Source: Cenarchaeum sp. (GTDB lineage: Archaea; Thermoproteota; Nitrososphaeria; Nitrososphaerales; Nitrosopumilaceae). Taken from it: 64,000 nt of DNA. The translations under genes and the position numbers were made by a program. Under the pieces are notes generated by a model that did no database searches, had not been told where the DNA came from, and worked only from the letters and a program-made list of their open reading frames with translations. Of this stretch, positions 1-10,003 are shown piece by piece. The number at the start of each line of letters is the position of its first letter. Position 1 is the first letter of the stretch. The stretch spans positions 96,001-160,000 of the forward strand of contig OY843768.1 of the NCBI GenBank assembly GCA_963693095.2, given 5' to 3'.

Positions 1-87
1 GCAAACTTTATCGAGGCGGTGAAAAAGGTCTTTGAGCAAAAGAACCTAAAGATCGAGCCAAAGGCCATGATGCAGTACGTCTCGTAG
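1..87 (+). CDS. 3' end of an unidentified CDS (partial, runs off window)
   Basis: Frame 1 reads ANFIEAVKKVFEQKNLKIEPKAMMQYVS* with host-like codons; too short to assign. Confidence 0.55.
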   Translation, partial: ANFIEAVKKVFEQKNLKIEPKAMMQYVS

Positions 88-173
88 GGCCAGCAACACT
101 GGCGCATGGCGCGCCACACAATTGTGAAATCATCAGGCACAGATGGCTGTGCGCTGGCGGGATGGTCCCTGCG

Positions 174-515
174 CTACCCGCCCTTTAGGAGCATTATCGC
201 GCGCGCAAGCTCGCCGTCTGACTCGGCGAGTGCCTCGCGCGCCCTCTCGGCGTCGACTCCGGCCTGGTCGCACACTAGCTGCACGTCCTCATCCGAAAAG
301 ACGGGCACCTCGAGCTCGCGCTCCTCGTATGACTCGGCAGTTATGGTGAATATCGAGCTGTCCTTTGCGACCATCTCGGCGACTTGCGGCTTTGGTATGA
401 CGATCTCCTTCTTGTCAGTCTTTATGATGACCTCCTGCACGTTGGACATCTCCTTCATGTCGATGCCCATCTTGTCGAACATCCTGCGCGCCTGGCGGTT
501 GCCGCCCCTCATCAT
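174..515 (-). CDS. nac: Nascent polypeptide-associated complex protein (archaeal NAC)
   Basis: RRMFDKMGIDMKE..VQEVIIKT..KEIVI..PQV NAC domain plus C-terminal UBA-like DVQLVCDQAGV..AREAL..GELARAI. Confidence 0.92.
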   Translation of the reverse strand: MMRGGNRQARRMFDKMGIDMKEMSNVQEVIIKTDKKEIVIPKPQVAEMVAKDSSIFTITAESYEERELEVPVFSDEDVQLVCDQAGVDAERAREALAESDGELARAIMLLKGG

Positions 516-988
516 TGCGCGTCACCTGCCACATCGCGACCTTTTAAACTGTTCCTGACACGCACGGCAACTCCGCGCCCGAGCGTCATTATGAGCTCGT
601 GCGGAACGACGGCACGGCCCACGGCGATGACGCGCCCGCCGTTGACCACTGCGACGTCAGACGATGCGCGAACGTCCTTGCCGCATCTCGTCACGTGCCT
701 GCAAAAGACTGACCTGCCCTCGGAGATGAACCCCGCTGCGTCATCGCCGACCTCCACGCACGATCCGGCAAACGCGCGCGACTTTAGGAGCATCTGCGCA
801 AAGCGCACCGTGAGCGCAATCCCGCCGTCTATGCGCAGCGTGCAGAGGAGCTCGCCGTCATGGAAGACTGACCTGATGCGGCCGTTCTTTCTTGAGCGCT
901 CGAGCTCGACGCCGCGCGGGAGGTGGCGCGAGACGCCCCTCCCAAAGAGCGCATCTAGCGTGAGCCTGACCTTTAGCTCCCCGTCCAT
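512..988 (-). CDS. PUA-domain RNA-binding protein (archaeosine TGT C-terminal-like)
   Basis: SRKNGRIRSV...LR.DGG and GRSVFCRHV...DVAVV...AVGRA...GVAVRVR; overlaps nac by 4 nt. Confidence 0.8.
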   Translation of the reverse strand: MDGELKVRLTLDALFGRGVSRHLPRGVELERSRKNGRIRSVFHDGELLCTLRIDGGIALTVRFAQMLLKSRAFAGSCVEVGDDAAGFISEGRSVFCRHVTRCGKDVRASSDVAVVNGGRVIAVGRAVVPHELIMTLGRGVAVRVRNSLKGRDVAGDAQ

Positions 989-1117
989 GGGTGCGCCGGC
1001 GCCGGCGGGTCGCTAAATACCGTTGCGCGCCGCCCGTGCCTAGCGTGGTGCCTGCGCCTTGCGCAGGCGTGGATTCTGCCATAGCTTTTTATAATTGCGC
1101 CTGCGCGTGTGCCACAA

Positions 1118-1468
1118 ATGGCAACTGAACAGCTCCAAAAGCTCGTCTCGGTCACCCCAAAGGCGGCCGAGAAGATAAAGGAGTTCATGTCCCAAGAGGC
1201 CGAAAAGCCCCAGTACCTGCGCGTCTACGTGCAGGGCGGCGGCTGCTCTGGACTCTCGTACGGCATGGGCTTTGAAAAGGAGCCAGAGGAGGACGACAAG
1301 GTTCTAGAGGAGGCCGGAGTAAAGCTGCTCGTTGACAGCTATAGCATCGACCACCTCAACGGAGCCAGCGTTGACTATATCGAGAGCCTCATGGGCTCGG
1401 GGTTCAAGATAAACAACCCCAACGTCACAAAGTCGTGCTCCTGCGGCCACTCCTTTAGCACGGAATAG
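1118..1468 (+). CDS. erpA: Fe-S cluster assembly accessory protein (IscA/ErpA/HesB family)
   Basis: LRVYVQGGGCSGLSYGM and NPNVTKSCSCGHSF; TTTTATAA box at ~1087-1094; ATG 1118 preferred. Confidence 0.92.
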   Translation: MATEQLQKLVSVTPKAAEKIKEFMSQEAEKPQYLRVYVQGGGCSGLSYGMGFEKEPEEDDKVLEEAGVKLLVDSYSIDHLNGASVDYIESLMGSGFKINNPNVTKSCSCGHSFSTE

Positions 1469-1503
1469 GCCAACGCGCCAAGAACGTGCATTGTTTTAAC
1501 TCC

Positions 1504-4206
1504 CTAGGGGGAGGCCATGCCGGCCGAGATGGCAGCCTCCCAAGGTGCGGCCAGCGCCACACCGTTTCTCCACGCAAACACCTGCGCAAACCGCTCCCCA
1601 CCGCCGTCACCGTCCCACATGATGGATGCGCGAAGCCTGCCGTCGCCCCCGATGGTGTGCTCTTCGGCGATTATGCGCCCTACGATGCCGTCCTTGCTGA
1701 CAACCTGCACGACAAGCTCAAACTCCGTTCCGGCAGCGCCGGTGAGGCCGACTGCGATGCGCTCGGTTCCTTGCGCATTCCCGAGGATCTCGACTCCAGA
1801 GATGGCAAGTGGCATGGTGCGGCCTGCCACGCGCGGCGACTCGTCACCGGCCACGTCAGCCGTGCCGCGGCTGTCAGCATAGTCCGCATACGTTATGCCG
1901 ATCTTTGCCCTCGCCGTGCTCACCGGACGCGCCGACTCGCCGTCGCACCACTCTTGTGGCACGCGCAGCTGGCCGACAAAGACGCCAGTCGCCGTGCCAG
2001 TCTCAAGAAGCGAGAGGCTCGGGCCTGGCGCGGGGCAGCCGGGCCTGTCTGTCCACTGGATGCCGTTTAGCGTGAGGACGAGGAGGCCGCCGCCTACCGG
2101 TCCCACGCGGTATGACTCGGCAGTGTCCTGATTCGTGTTTAGGTCAGCATCGCGCAGCGTCACAGTCACCGTGTCTGACGTGCCATACTCGTCACGATCA
2201 AAGGAGACCGAGCCGGTGTGCGAGGCCGTGCTTGCCATTCCCGAGACGATCCTCCTCGAGCCGTCAGCGGCACGGTCATCATATGTCATCGTGATGTCCT
2301 CGCCTCCGTCGACTGCGATCATTGATGCGCGCTCGCCTATTGTCGCAAGGTCAGCATACGTTGCCGCATCAGCTATGCTGAGCTGGTTTGCGAGTGTGTA
2401 CTCTAGCGTGCCAGCAAACGTTCCGGTGTCAGTGCCCGTCTCCTCGAGCTCCAGCCTGACGACCTGGTTGGCCACCCTCTGCCCGTCGGCGATTCCAAAG
2501 GAGAAAATGTCAGCCACCATGGCGATCGTGCCCCCCGGACCCACGGGCCGGCCCAGGTCAAACTCGAGGCCAAGACCCGTGCCGGCAAGCATCGCCTCTA
2601 CTGCGGCGTGCGGGATCTCGACGAGGCCGCGCGCCGGTCCAGAGGCCACGGCCACCCTCTGCGCGCCGGCCACGGCGTAAATGTCGACGGCCGTCGCGCC
2701 AGTCGAGCGGACGTCATAGTTGAGCAGGTTCGTCACCGTCCGTGCCGCATGGACGGGCACGCGCGCCTGCCCATAGTCGACTGCCAGGCTCGCAATGGGG
2801 CCTGCTGGCGTGACTAGTGCCCTTGCCCCATGCGCGTCAGTCTCGTGCGCAAGCTCCACAGGCTGCCCGCCGGCGTCCTGCGCGCTGATGGCCACGGCGT
2901 CGATGAGCGTGAGCGGCTCGCCAGTCACGATGGTCGGTATCGCCGCGCCCGCATCGGCGACGTCGAGGGTCTCGCGCTGCCGGCTGTTCTGGTTTGCGTC
3001 CGTGTCGCTGAGCGTCACATCAGCGCGCGTCCCTGACTGCCATGCGCCGCCTGCGCCAAGGTCGAGTGAGGCGTCCCCGTGGCCGATCAGTATGCTGCGC
3101 GCCGACCCGTACGAGACTGTCATCGCGACGCCGCGTGAGGCATCACGCGACACCTTTAGCGATGATGCGTTGGCCGAGTCGTATGACGCAAAGATTCCAG
3201 TGTTAGGACCGGTCTCGACTAGCGTGATGATGCCGCCAGAACTGCCGCTTCCGTCAAGCGAGCTCTTGCCGTTTCTGTTGGATACTGTTTCCAGTGCGCC
3301 GCCGCCCATGTCTATGCTCAACGAGCACGTCTCGTCGCAGCCGAGCGCACCAAACGAACCTGACACATCAGAAACGTTTCCCGTCGGCTCACCGCGCGAG
3401 TCAAACGCGCGGTATATTGCGCGCCCAATGCTGTCACCTTCGAGATCCCACGTCCACGAGTCCTCATCAGTGGGATCGACGTTGAGCCACGCGTCTGACA
3501 ACTCAATGTGGACATCGGCTCCCGGCGGATACACGCTGCGGTCAAGCGCAAGTGCTGCCACATCGCGCGTTGTCCCATACTCGAGGCGAACACTGTCATC
3601 CTCGTGTTTGACCTCGACGTTCCTTCCGAGGTCATAGAGCTGTATAAACGGCCACACACCTGAAGCTGAAGCGCGCGCATCATCGGCGCGCACACTCTGC
3701 CCTATGCCGAATGCCAAGTTTGCCGGCCGATCGTTGCGCAGGACCGACATTGCGCGCACGCCGTCCCCGTATCCCTCCGCGCATCCGCCGCCGAGTGGAA
3801 ACGCGACACCGTCAGTGTCGGCAAAATAGTCCTGGTCCGCACCGGTGAGCTGCGCGAGCAGCGTGTTTGCCTCCGAGTCGCCCCCGCAAATGGTGCCAAA
3901 GTCCAGGCCGGCGCCGTCTGAGCCCACAGTGGCCTCTGCGGCCCGTGCGGCCCGCGCGTCGGCAAAATATGCGTGCCACCTCGAATCGGCCCCCTGGACC
4001 ATCCTGAGCTCCATGGAGCCAACCGTCACGGTCGGCTCACCGGCCGGCTCGGCAGTCTCGGCCCCATCATCGACGGTGACGCGGATCACCTGCGCGCCGG
4101 CGACTATGCCTCCGGGCGCCCCGTCGGCTGACACCCAGAGCTCGGCTCCGGCGGTTCCTGTGAGCGTCGAGGCGACGGCTAGGGCTAGGATGGCCACAGT
4201 CTCCAT
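1504..4206 (-). CDS. Secreted S-layer-protein-like surface protein
   Basis: Signal peptide; repeated LxETGxxTGxF and D.D.N motifs typical of thaumarchaeal S-layer proteins; TTAAATA box at ~4229-4236 favours ATG 4206 over 4230. Confidence 0.7.
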   Translation of the reverse strand: METVAILALAVASTLTGTAGAELWVSADGAPGGIVAGAQVIRVTVDDGAETAEPAGEPTVTVGSMELRMVQGADSRWHAYFADARAARAAEATVGSDGAGLDFGTICGGDSEANTLLAQLTGADQDYFADTDGVAFPLGGGCAEGYGDGVRAMSVLRNDRPANLAFGIGQSVRADDARASASGVWPFIQLYDLGRNVEVKHEDDSVRLEYGTTRDVAALALDRSVYPPGADVHIELSDAWLNVDPTDEDSWTWDLEGDSIGRAIYRAFDSRGEPTGNVSDVSGSFGALGCDETCSLSIDMGGGALETVSNRNGKSSLDGSGSSGGIITLVETGPNTGIFASYDSANASSLKVSRDASRGVAMTVSYGSARSILIGHGDASLDLGAGGAWQSGTRADVTLSDTDANQNSRQRETLDVADAGAAIPTIVTGEPLTLIDAVAISAQDAGGQPVELAHETDAHGARALVTPAGPIASLAVDYGQARVPVHAARTVTNLLNYDVRSTGATAVDIYAVAGAQRVAVASGPARGLVEIPHAAVEAMLAGTGLGLEFDLGRPVGPGGTIAMVADIFSFGIADGQRVANQVVRLELEETGTDTGTFAGTLEYTLANQLSIADAATYADLATIGERASMIAVDGGEDITMTYDDRAADGSRRIVSGMASTASHTGSVSFDRDEYGTSDTVTVTLRDADLNTNQDTAESYRVGPVGGGLLVLTLNGIQWTDRPGCPAPGPSLSLLETGTATGVFVGQLRVPQEWCDGESARPVSTARAKIGITYADYADSRGTADVAGDESPRVAGRTMPLAISGVEILGNAQGTERIAVGLTGAAGTEFELVVQVVSKDGIVGRIIAEEHTIGGDGRLRASIMWDGDGGGERFAQVFAWRNGVALAAPWEAAISAGMASP

Positions 4207-4360
4207 CGCATTGTGGGCTCGCATGGCCATATTTAACGCTGGGGAGCCACGTGCGGCACCCCACGCCTGAAATGGGCCTCCAAATGGACCAATCCTCCAT
4301 TAAGGTCATATATGGGTAGGTGGACGGGGTGGTGTTGAATCTTCAGGAGTTGAGCTCACA

Positions 4361-5665
4361 TTGCCTTCATCAGGCATCATCAAGTATCATGTCAGGCTAT
4401 CGTATGATGTGGACGGCCTAGTTGGCAGAACCGACATAATCGGTGCCATCTTTGGGCAGACCGAAGGTCTGCTCGGGCCGGATATGAACCTCAACGAGCT
4501 CCAAAAAATATCCAAGATCGGACGCATAGACGTCACCACAAAGACGACTGCGCACGCCACGACAGGCGAGGTCCTCATACCCATGAGCACGGATATCGAC
4601 ACATGCTCGCTAGTCGCCGCCTCCCTTGAGAGCATCGACAAGGTGGGCGCCTTTGACAGCAAGTTCAAGATGCTCTCGATCGACGACATCCGCGCGGCCA
4701 AAAAGGACGACATTGTAAAGCGCGCCAAGGAGATAAAGCGCAAGTTTGCCATAAAGGCCGTGAGCGACGGTGACACGATGCGCCGTGACGTTCACGAGGG
4801 CACGCCGTCAAACTCGCGTGTCTCCTCGTACGGGCCCTCAAAGCTGCCGTGCGGCTCTGGCATGCTCGACTCGCCATGGATAATACTCGTCGAGGGCAGG
4901 GCAGACATCGTCAACCTGATCCGCGCCGGATACGACAACACGCTTGCCATTGACGGCGCGCGCGTTGACGAGTCGATAAAGGTCGCTTGCAGATCAAAGA
5001 AAAAGATCGTCGCGTTTCTTGACGGTGACCGCACCGGCGGCGCGCTAATGCGCGAGCTAAAGATGATGGTTCCCGTTGACGTCGAGCTGCGCGCAGATGA
5101 CGGTGTCGAAGTTGAGGAGCTCACGCCACAGCGCGTCGCCGAGCTGCTCGATCCCGCAGTCGCCGAGATCAAGGAGCAGTTTGCCGGCCAGGAGCTCCCG
5201 CGCCATGACGGCGGAAGAAACGGGCGCAACAGGGGACGTGACCGTGACAGGGGACGCGACAGGGATCGTGACAGGGGAAGAGACAGGGGACGCGGACGCG
5301 AGGATCGCCGCGATCGCGACGTCGAGATCCCCGAGCCAAAGCCTGCAGAGCCAAAGGAGGAGGATCGCCCGCTAATCACGCTAATCACGCCGGTCTACCA
5401 GAGGCTAAAGGACACACTAGAGGCCACCGCGCTCGACTCTGAAGGCAGCGAGGCGTTTCGCGTTCCGGTCAGCGAGCTAGTCTCAAAGCTAAAGGAGCAG
5501 GGCGGCGGCGTGCAGTGCATCGTCATGGACGGGATCATAACTGGTCGCCTCCTAGAGGCCGCCAAGGGAATCGGCGTCGAGACGATCGTGGGCAACCGCG
5601 CAGCGCACATCGAGGATGACATGGGCGTGCGCCTCAGGTCGTTCTCGGAGCTAGGCGTCTTCTAG
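4361..5665 (+). CDS. dnaG: Archaeal DnaG (TOPRIM primase/exosome-associated) with Arg/Asp-rich insertion
   Basis: DIIGAIFGQTEGLLG, IILVEGRADIVNL, AFLDGDRTG TOPRIM motifs. Confidence 0.93.
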   Translation: MPSSGIIKYHVRLSYDVDGLVGRTDIIGAIFGQTEGLLGPDMNLNELQKISKIGRIDVTTKTTAHATTGEVLIPMSTDIDTCSLVAASLESIDKVGAFDSKFKMLSIDDIRAAKKDDIVKRAKEIKRKFAIKAVSDGDTMRRDVHEGTPSNSRVSSYGPSKLPCGSGMLDSPWIILVEGRADIVNLIRAGYDNTLAIDGARVDESIKVACRSKKKIVAFLDGDRTGGALMRELKMMVPVDVELRADDGVEVEELTPQRVAELLDPAVAEIKEQFAGQELPRHDGGRNGRNRGRDRDRGRDRDRDRGRDRGRGREDRRDRDVEIPEPKPAEPKEEDRPLITLITPVYQRLKDTLEATALDSEGSEAFRVPVSELVSKLKEQGGGVQCIVMDGIITGRLLEAAKGIGVETIVGNRAAHIEDDMGVRLRSFSELGVF

Positions 5666-6346
5666 TTGGCATCGCGCACGCTAGAGGCGCGCCACGTGCC
5701 CACACTCGCATACCTCCTCTCGCGCGGCGCTCGCGCGGGGTATGTGCGGATCACGACGTCTGAGCTCGGCAGGAGCATATCGCGCTCGCAGCAGGCCGCC
5801 TCTGACCACCTCCGCGAGCTCGAGCGCGACGGCCTCGTGAGGCGGACGGTCCAGGGAAGGTCGCTCTCGGTCCTAGTCACGCCGGAGGGCTACTCGAGGG
5901 TCCTGCACCTCTACGAGTCGCTGCGCTCGTCGATCGAGTCGGCTCCCTCGTCGATGAACCTTGCCGGAAGGGTCGTCTCGGGCTCTGGCGAGGGCCGCTA
6001 CTATATGGCCCTGCGCGGGTACACGAGGCAGTTTCGCGCAAGGGTCGGCTATGTCCCGTTTCCCGGCACGCTCAACGTGCGCCTTGATGCGGCGTCTGCA
6101 TCAGAGGCCGAGCGCCTTGACTCGGCGCGCGGAACGATGATCGAGGGGTTCTCTGATGGCGCGCGCACGTACGGATGGGTTCGCTGCCACGCCGCAACGA
6201 TAAACGGCCGCGTGCCGTGCGAGCTCATCCGCCTCGAGCGCACGCACCACGAGCGCTCGATAGTCGAGCTCGTTGCCGCAACAAGCCTGCGCCGGCGGCT
6301 GCGCGTTACAGACGGCTCGCGCGTCACCGTCTCGGTATTTCCGTGA
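5666..6346 (+). CDS. ribK: CTP-dependent riboflavin kinase with N-terminal wHTH
   Basis: SQQAAS..L.ELE HTH; GRVVSGSGEGRYY, PFPGTLN, ERTHH motifs. Confidence 0.9.
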   Translation: MASRTLEARHVPTLAYLLSRGARAGYVRITTSELGRSISRSQQAASDHLRELERDGLVRRTVQGRSLSVLVTPEGYSRVLHLYESLRSSIESAPSSMNLAGRVVSGSGEGRYYMALRGYTRQFRARVGYVPFPGTLNVRLDAASASEAERLDSARGTMIEGFSDGARTYGWVRCHAATINGRVPCELIRLERTHHERSIVELVAATSLRRRLRVTDGSRVTVSVFP

Positions 6347-6928
6347 CTATATGCCGTGTATCGTCTTGCCGTACGCCTTTTCTATCTCGCCACTCGACAT
6401 CTCGGGGTCAGTCGCGTCTAGCCTGACGACTTCTGCGCCAATGCCGACGCGCGAGCATCCGGCCACGACATAGTCGACCTGGTGGGCCTGGTCGTAGCCA
6501 AGCGCGATGGTGTCCGGCGATATCTTTTTGACGGTGTTGAACATGTCGAGCTCATCGCCTATGACGCACGTGTCGACCATCTCGAGTGACCTGACGAGAT
6601 CCTGCCGCTGGACCTGCGTGTGGAGCGGCGTGCGCCGCTTCATCTTTACTGCCGTGGCGTCAGTGGCGACAACGACGATGAGCACGTCGCCTAGCGCGCG
6701 CGCCTGCCTAAGCGTGTGTATGTGCCCAGGGTGTATTATGTCAAACACGCCGCCAGAGAGGACCACGCGAATGGTCCTTCTCCCGCGCGCCGTGAGTGCC
6801 GTGCGCGAACTGTCGACTAGCCCGTCCACGACTAGCCGGCCGATTGCGCCCACGCTCGCGCGCGGCTCCTCGCCTAGCAGGCCTCCAACGTACACGGCGC
6901 ACAGCGCCTCTATCCTCGGGGATCTCAA
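6347..6928 (-). CDS. ribL: FAD synthase (cytidylyltransferase family)
   Basis: GGVFDIIHPGHIHTL (HxGH), PDTIALGYDQ; adjacent to ribK. Confidence 0.85.
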   Translation of the reverse strand: MRSPRIEALCAVYVGGLLGEEPRASVGAIGRLVVDGLVDSSRTALTARGRRTIRVVLSGGVFDIIHPGHIHTLRQARALGDVLIVVVATDATAVKMKRRTPLHTQVQRQDLVRSLEMVDTCVIGDELDMFNTVKKISPDTIALGYDQAHQVDYVVAGCSRVGIGAEVVRLDATDPEMSSGEIEKAYGKTIHGI

Positions 6929-8001
6929 TGCGCGCCACCCTCGCTGCCCTCCTTTATGCGCTCCCCCGCGTCACGCTCTAGGCCTGCGGCGACTCGCAGC
7001 GAGTCGACAAGGCCGTCGGCATAGCCGATGCTGAGTATGGCAAGCTCGTCCCTGTCGCACCTCAGGAACTCCTCGGCGTCAGCAACATAGTCCTGTGCGC
7101 AGTCTAGCACGCGCGCGACGCCCTCGCCGCCCCCGCGCAGGCGCGCCTCGCCTATGGCCTCGCCGACCATGGGGACATACTTTGCTATCATGCGGTGTGA
7201 CTCTTTTCTTGACGAGTCGGCGTTTGCGCGCGGCTCTCCGATGCAGCGTGTCAGGACGCGCAGCGCGTCGGCCTCTGTAAAGTGGAGCGAGCCGGGCACG
7301 ATGATGCTGTGCGGCGCCTCGCCAAACTCCTCGCCAAGGAGGCTCCCGACGTCCCCGCCCACCATCGCACAGTCATCACGGCCAACCCTTGAGGCTATGA
7401 CCGCAAACGTCTTGCGCGTGAGCGCAAGCTGGCGCCTCTCCTCCTCTATTGCGAGGAGTGACTCTAGCGCGCTGCGCGGGTCCAGGAACATGCCGGCGTC
7501 CTCGTCGTACTCGAGGAGGAGGACGGTGTGGCACCCGCGATCGAGGTTCTCCTGGATTATCGCGTATGGAGTGCTCGCCTCAGCACGCGTGACTGTCGTC
7601 GTTCGCCCGACCTTGTACTGGTGCAGGCCGCACTCGCCGACCATGCTAGTCAGCGCAGACGCCGCATGGACACTGCGCGTCGTCGTGCCGGCTGCCGCTG
7701 CGCGCGCACGCAGCTCAATGTGCGTCGTTGCGACATACGGATCCCCGTAGCAGACTAGGGCGACATCGCCGCTAGCGGCCGCACGCAGTATCTCGCCGCC
7801 GTCCTCAACGACCCACCTCGGCACGGTCCTAAATGTGGCGCCGCCGCCCTCTGCTATGCGCCTGAGCTCCCCGACCTCTGCGTCTGAGACGGGGCTCGTA
7901 AAGCGCTCCATGTAGACTGCGCCTGATGAGGCGATCGCCGCGCGCGCACCTTCGCCCATGGCTCGCGCGCCGCCGACTCCGATGCCGACAAAGCTCAGCA
8001 C
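6925..8001 (-). CDS. dph5: Diphthine synthase with C-terminal DUF357-like domain
   Basis: LSFVGIG, GDPYVATTHIELR, GLHQYKVGR, HTVLLLE, LHFTEADAL; GTG 8001 overlaps lysK stop. Confidence 0.9.
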   Translation of the reverse strand: MLSFVGIGVGGARAMGEGARAAIASSGAVYMERFTSPVSDAEVGELRRIAEGGGATFRTVPRWVVEDGGEILRAAASGDVALVCYGDPYVATTHIELRARAAAAGTTTRSVHAASALTSMVGECGLHQYKVGRTTTVTRAEASTPYAIIQENLDRGCHTVLLLEYDEDAGMFLDPRSALESLLAIEEERRQLALTRKTFAVIASRVGRDDCAMVGGDVGSLLGEEFGEAPHSIIVPGSLHFTEADALRVLTRCIGEPRANADSSRKESHRMIAKYVPMVGEAIGEARLRGGGEGVARVLDCAQDYVADAEEFLRCDRDELAILSIGYADGLVDSLRVAAGLERDAGERIKEGSEGGAH

Positions 8002-9161
8002 TGGGCCTGTCCCCTGTCGTGAAGGCGCTTTAGGTGGCGCAGCGTGGACTTTAGTATCTCTATGGACTTTAGGTACTCGGCGATCGAGACGTGCTCGTTG
8101 GACATGTGGGCCAGGTGCGGGTCTCCGGGCCCCCACGTCACGACGGGTATGGCCAGCGTGTTGCCAACGACGTTCATGTCGCCTGTTCCGGTCTTTAGAA
8201 CGGGCATGGGGCTCGGCGAGCCGGACTCGACGGTCCCGATCTTTAGCGCGCGAACGAGAACCGAGTCGGCCTTTGCCTCAAAGGGCTCTGTCTCATCAAG
8301 TATGGAATAGAACGCCTCGACTCCCCGTTCGGCTGCAGTCTCCTTTACGCAAGAGGCGATGTCCTGCTCGACGTTCTTGCATGACATGGCCGGCGGGACG
8401 CGCACGTCCATCGTCGTCTCGCACTCTTGTGGCATCATGTTGTGGCTCGAGCCGCCCCTGATCTCGGTGACAGTCGCCGTGAGCGCCTTGATCCGCCTCT
8501 CCTCGGCGCTTCCGGCCTCGAGCTTGCCCTTTAGCGCAGAGATGAACATGGCGGACTCCTCGATGGCGTTCTTTGAGAGCCATGGCGCGCCGGCGTGGCC
8601 GCTGTTGCCAACGTCGACCTTGAGGTTAATGGCGAGGCGGCCCTTGTAGCCGACAGTTATCTTGCCGATCCCGCTAGGCTCGCCAAACATCGCATAGTCG
8701 AGCCTTATGGGCTGCCCCGCGCGGTCGCGCACGCCGTTCTTTGCTAGGCTCTTGGCGCCGGCTGCGTTTCCCTCCTCGTCTACTGCGCCCACAAAGACTA
8801 TCGTGCCGCCGTTCTCGGCTGCCGCTGCTGCCCCAAAGAGCATTGCCATGAGCGGGGCCTTTGCGTCAGACGCGCCGCGCCCGTACAGCCTGTCGCCCTC
8901 GCGCCTCACGCGTATCTTGCCGGGAACGGTGTCCATGTGGCCGCAGAGCATGGTCACGGGCCGGCCAGTCCCCTTTATCGCCACGACGTTGCCGACCTCG
9001 TCGTCTATGCGTATGTCGCCAAATCCCAGGTCATCGCACTTGTCGGCCAAAAACTCGGCCATGGGCCTCTCTGATAGCGAGACCGTATAGAGGCGAAGGG
9101 CCTTCTCGAGCATCTTTACGGCGTACCTGTCCGTCACGGGCACTTCCACATCGGAGCTCAT
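7995..9161 (-). CDS. lysK: [LysW]-lysine/[LysW]-ornithine hydrolase (M20)
   Basis: LCGHMDTVPG, GRGASDAKAP, VDEEG, KTGTGDMN, WGPGD; within LysW cluster. Confidence 0.9.
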   Translation of the reverse strand: MSSDVEVPVTDRYAVKMLEKALRLYTVSLSERPMAEFLADKCDDLGFGDIRIDDEVGNVVAIKGTGRPVTMLCGHMDTVPGKIRVRREGDRLYGRGASDAKAPLMAMLFGAAAAAENGGTIVFVGAVDEEGNAAGAKSLAKNGVRDRAGQPIRLDYAMFGEPSGIGKITVGYKGRLAINLKVDVGNSGHAGAPWLSKNAIEESAMFISALKGKLEAGSAEERRIKALTATVTEIRGGSSHNMMPQECETTMDVRVPPAMSCKNVEQDIASCVKETAAERGVEAFYSILDETEPFEAKADSVLVRALKIGTVESGSPSPMPVLKTGTGDMNVVGNTLAIPVVTWGPGDPHLAHMSNEHVSIAEYLKSIEILKSTLRHLKRLHDRGQAQC

Positions 9162-10003
9162 TCCCGTGACGCCTCCAGGACGTGCGCGATAATGAGGGCT
9201 GGTATGTCGACGCCGCAGACCCTGACGGTGTTCTTGAACTCTGTCGTGTTGTTGATCTCGTGGACGAGGAGGCCGCGCTCGTCATCCTCCATGATGTCGA
9301 CTCCGACGATCTCGCCGTGAACCGCATCGCGCGCCTTTATGCAAATCTCCTCCATCTCGCCGGTGACCTTGCACTCCTCGGCATGGCCCCCGAGGGCCAT
9401 GTTCGTCTTCCAGTCACTCGATGACCTGTATATCGCCGCGACGACTGCGTCACCTACGACTATGGCGCGAATGTCGCGCGGGGGCCTCTTTACAAACTCC
9501 TCGACATAGTGGATATGGTACAGTGGATGCATCGCCTCGCGCATCTCGAGTATGCCCTCGGCCGCATCCGCGTCACTGAGGCGCGAGACCATGCGGCCCC
9601 AGCTCCCGACTGTGGGCTTTATGACGCACGGATAGCCGATAGAGTCGGCAGCCTCGAGGGCCGCCTCCCTCGAGAACGAGACTGCGGCGCGCGGGGTGCG
9701 CACGCCGGACTTTTTGAGGAGCATGTGCGTGTAGAGCTTGTTGCCTGCGAGGATGCCTGTCTGCAGGCAGTTGATGACGCGCGCGCCCATTCCCTCAAGG
9801 GCCGCTGTCGAGTGGACATTCCTGTAATAGCTCACGCAGCGCTGCAGTATGGTGCCGTATCCGACCGCCTCGCCGTCAGTCTGCAGCGCGATCTTGCGGC
9901 AGTCAAGAACCTGGATCTCTGCGCCGGCCCTCTTTGCGGCCTCTGCGAGGGCCTTCTCCTCCCACCGAACAGTGTCGTAGAGGATTGTCGCAGCAGGGGT
10001 CAC
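9158..10003 (-). CDS. lysX: Alpha-aminoadipate--LysW ligase (RimK-like ATP-grasp)
   Basis: RWEEKAL, KPTVGSWGR, PPRDIR, WKTNMALGG, EINNTTEFK; GTG overlaps lysW stop. Confidence 0.9.
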   Translation of the reverse strand: MTPAATILYDTVRWEEKALAEAAKRAGAEIQVLDCRKIALQTDGEAVGYGTILQRCVSYYRNVHSTAALEGMGARVINCLQTGILAGNKLYTHMLLKKSGVRTPRAAVSFSREAALEAADSIGYPCVIKPTVGSWGRMVSRLSDADAAEGILEMREAMHPLYHIHYVEEFVKRPPRDIRAIVVGDAVVAAIYRSSSDWKTNMALGGHAEECKVTGEMEEICIKARDAVHGEIVGVDIMEDDERGLLVHEINNTTEFKNTVRVCGVDIPALIIAHVLEASRE

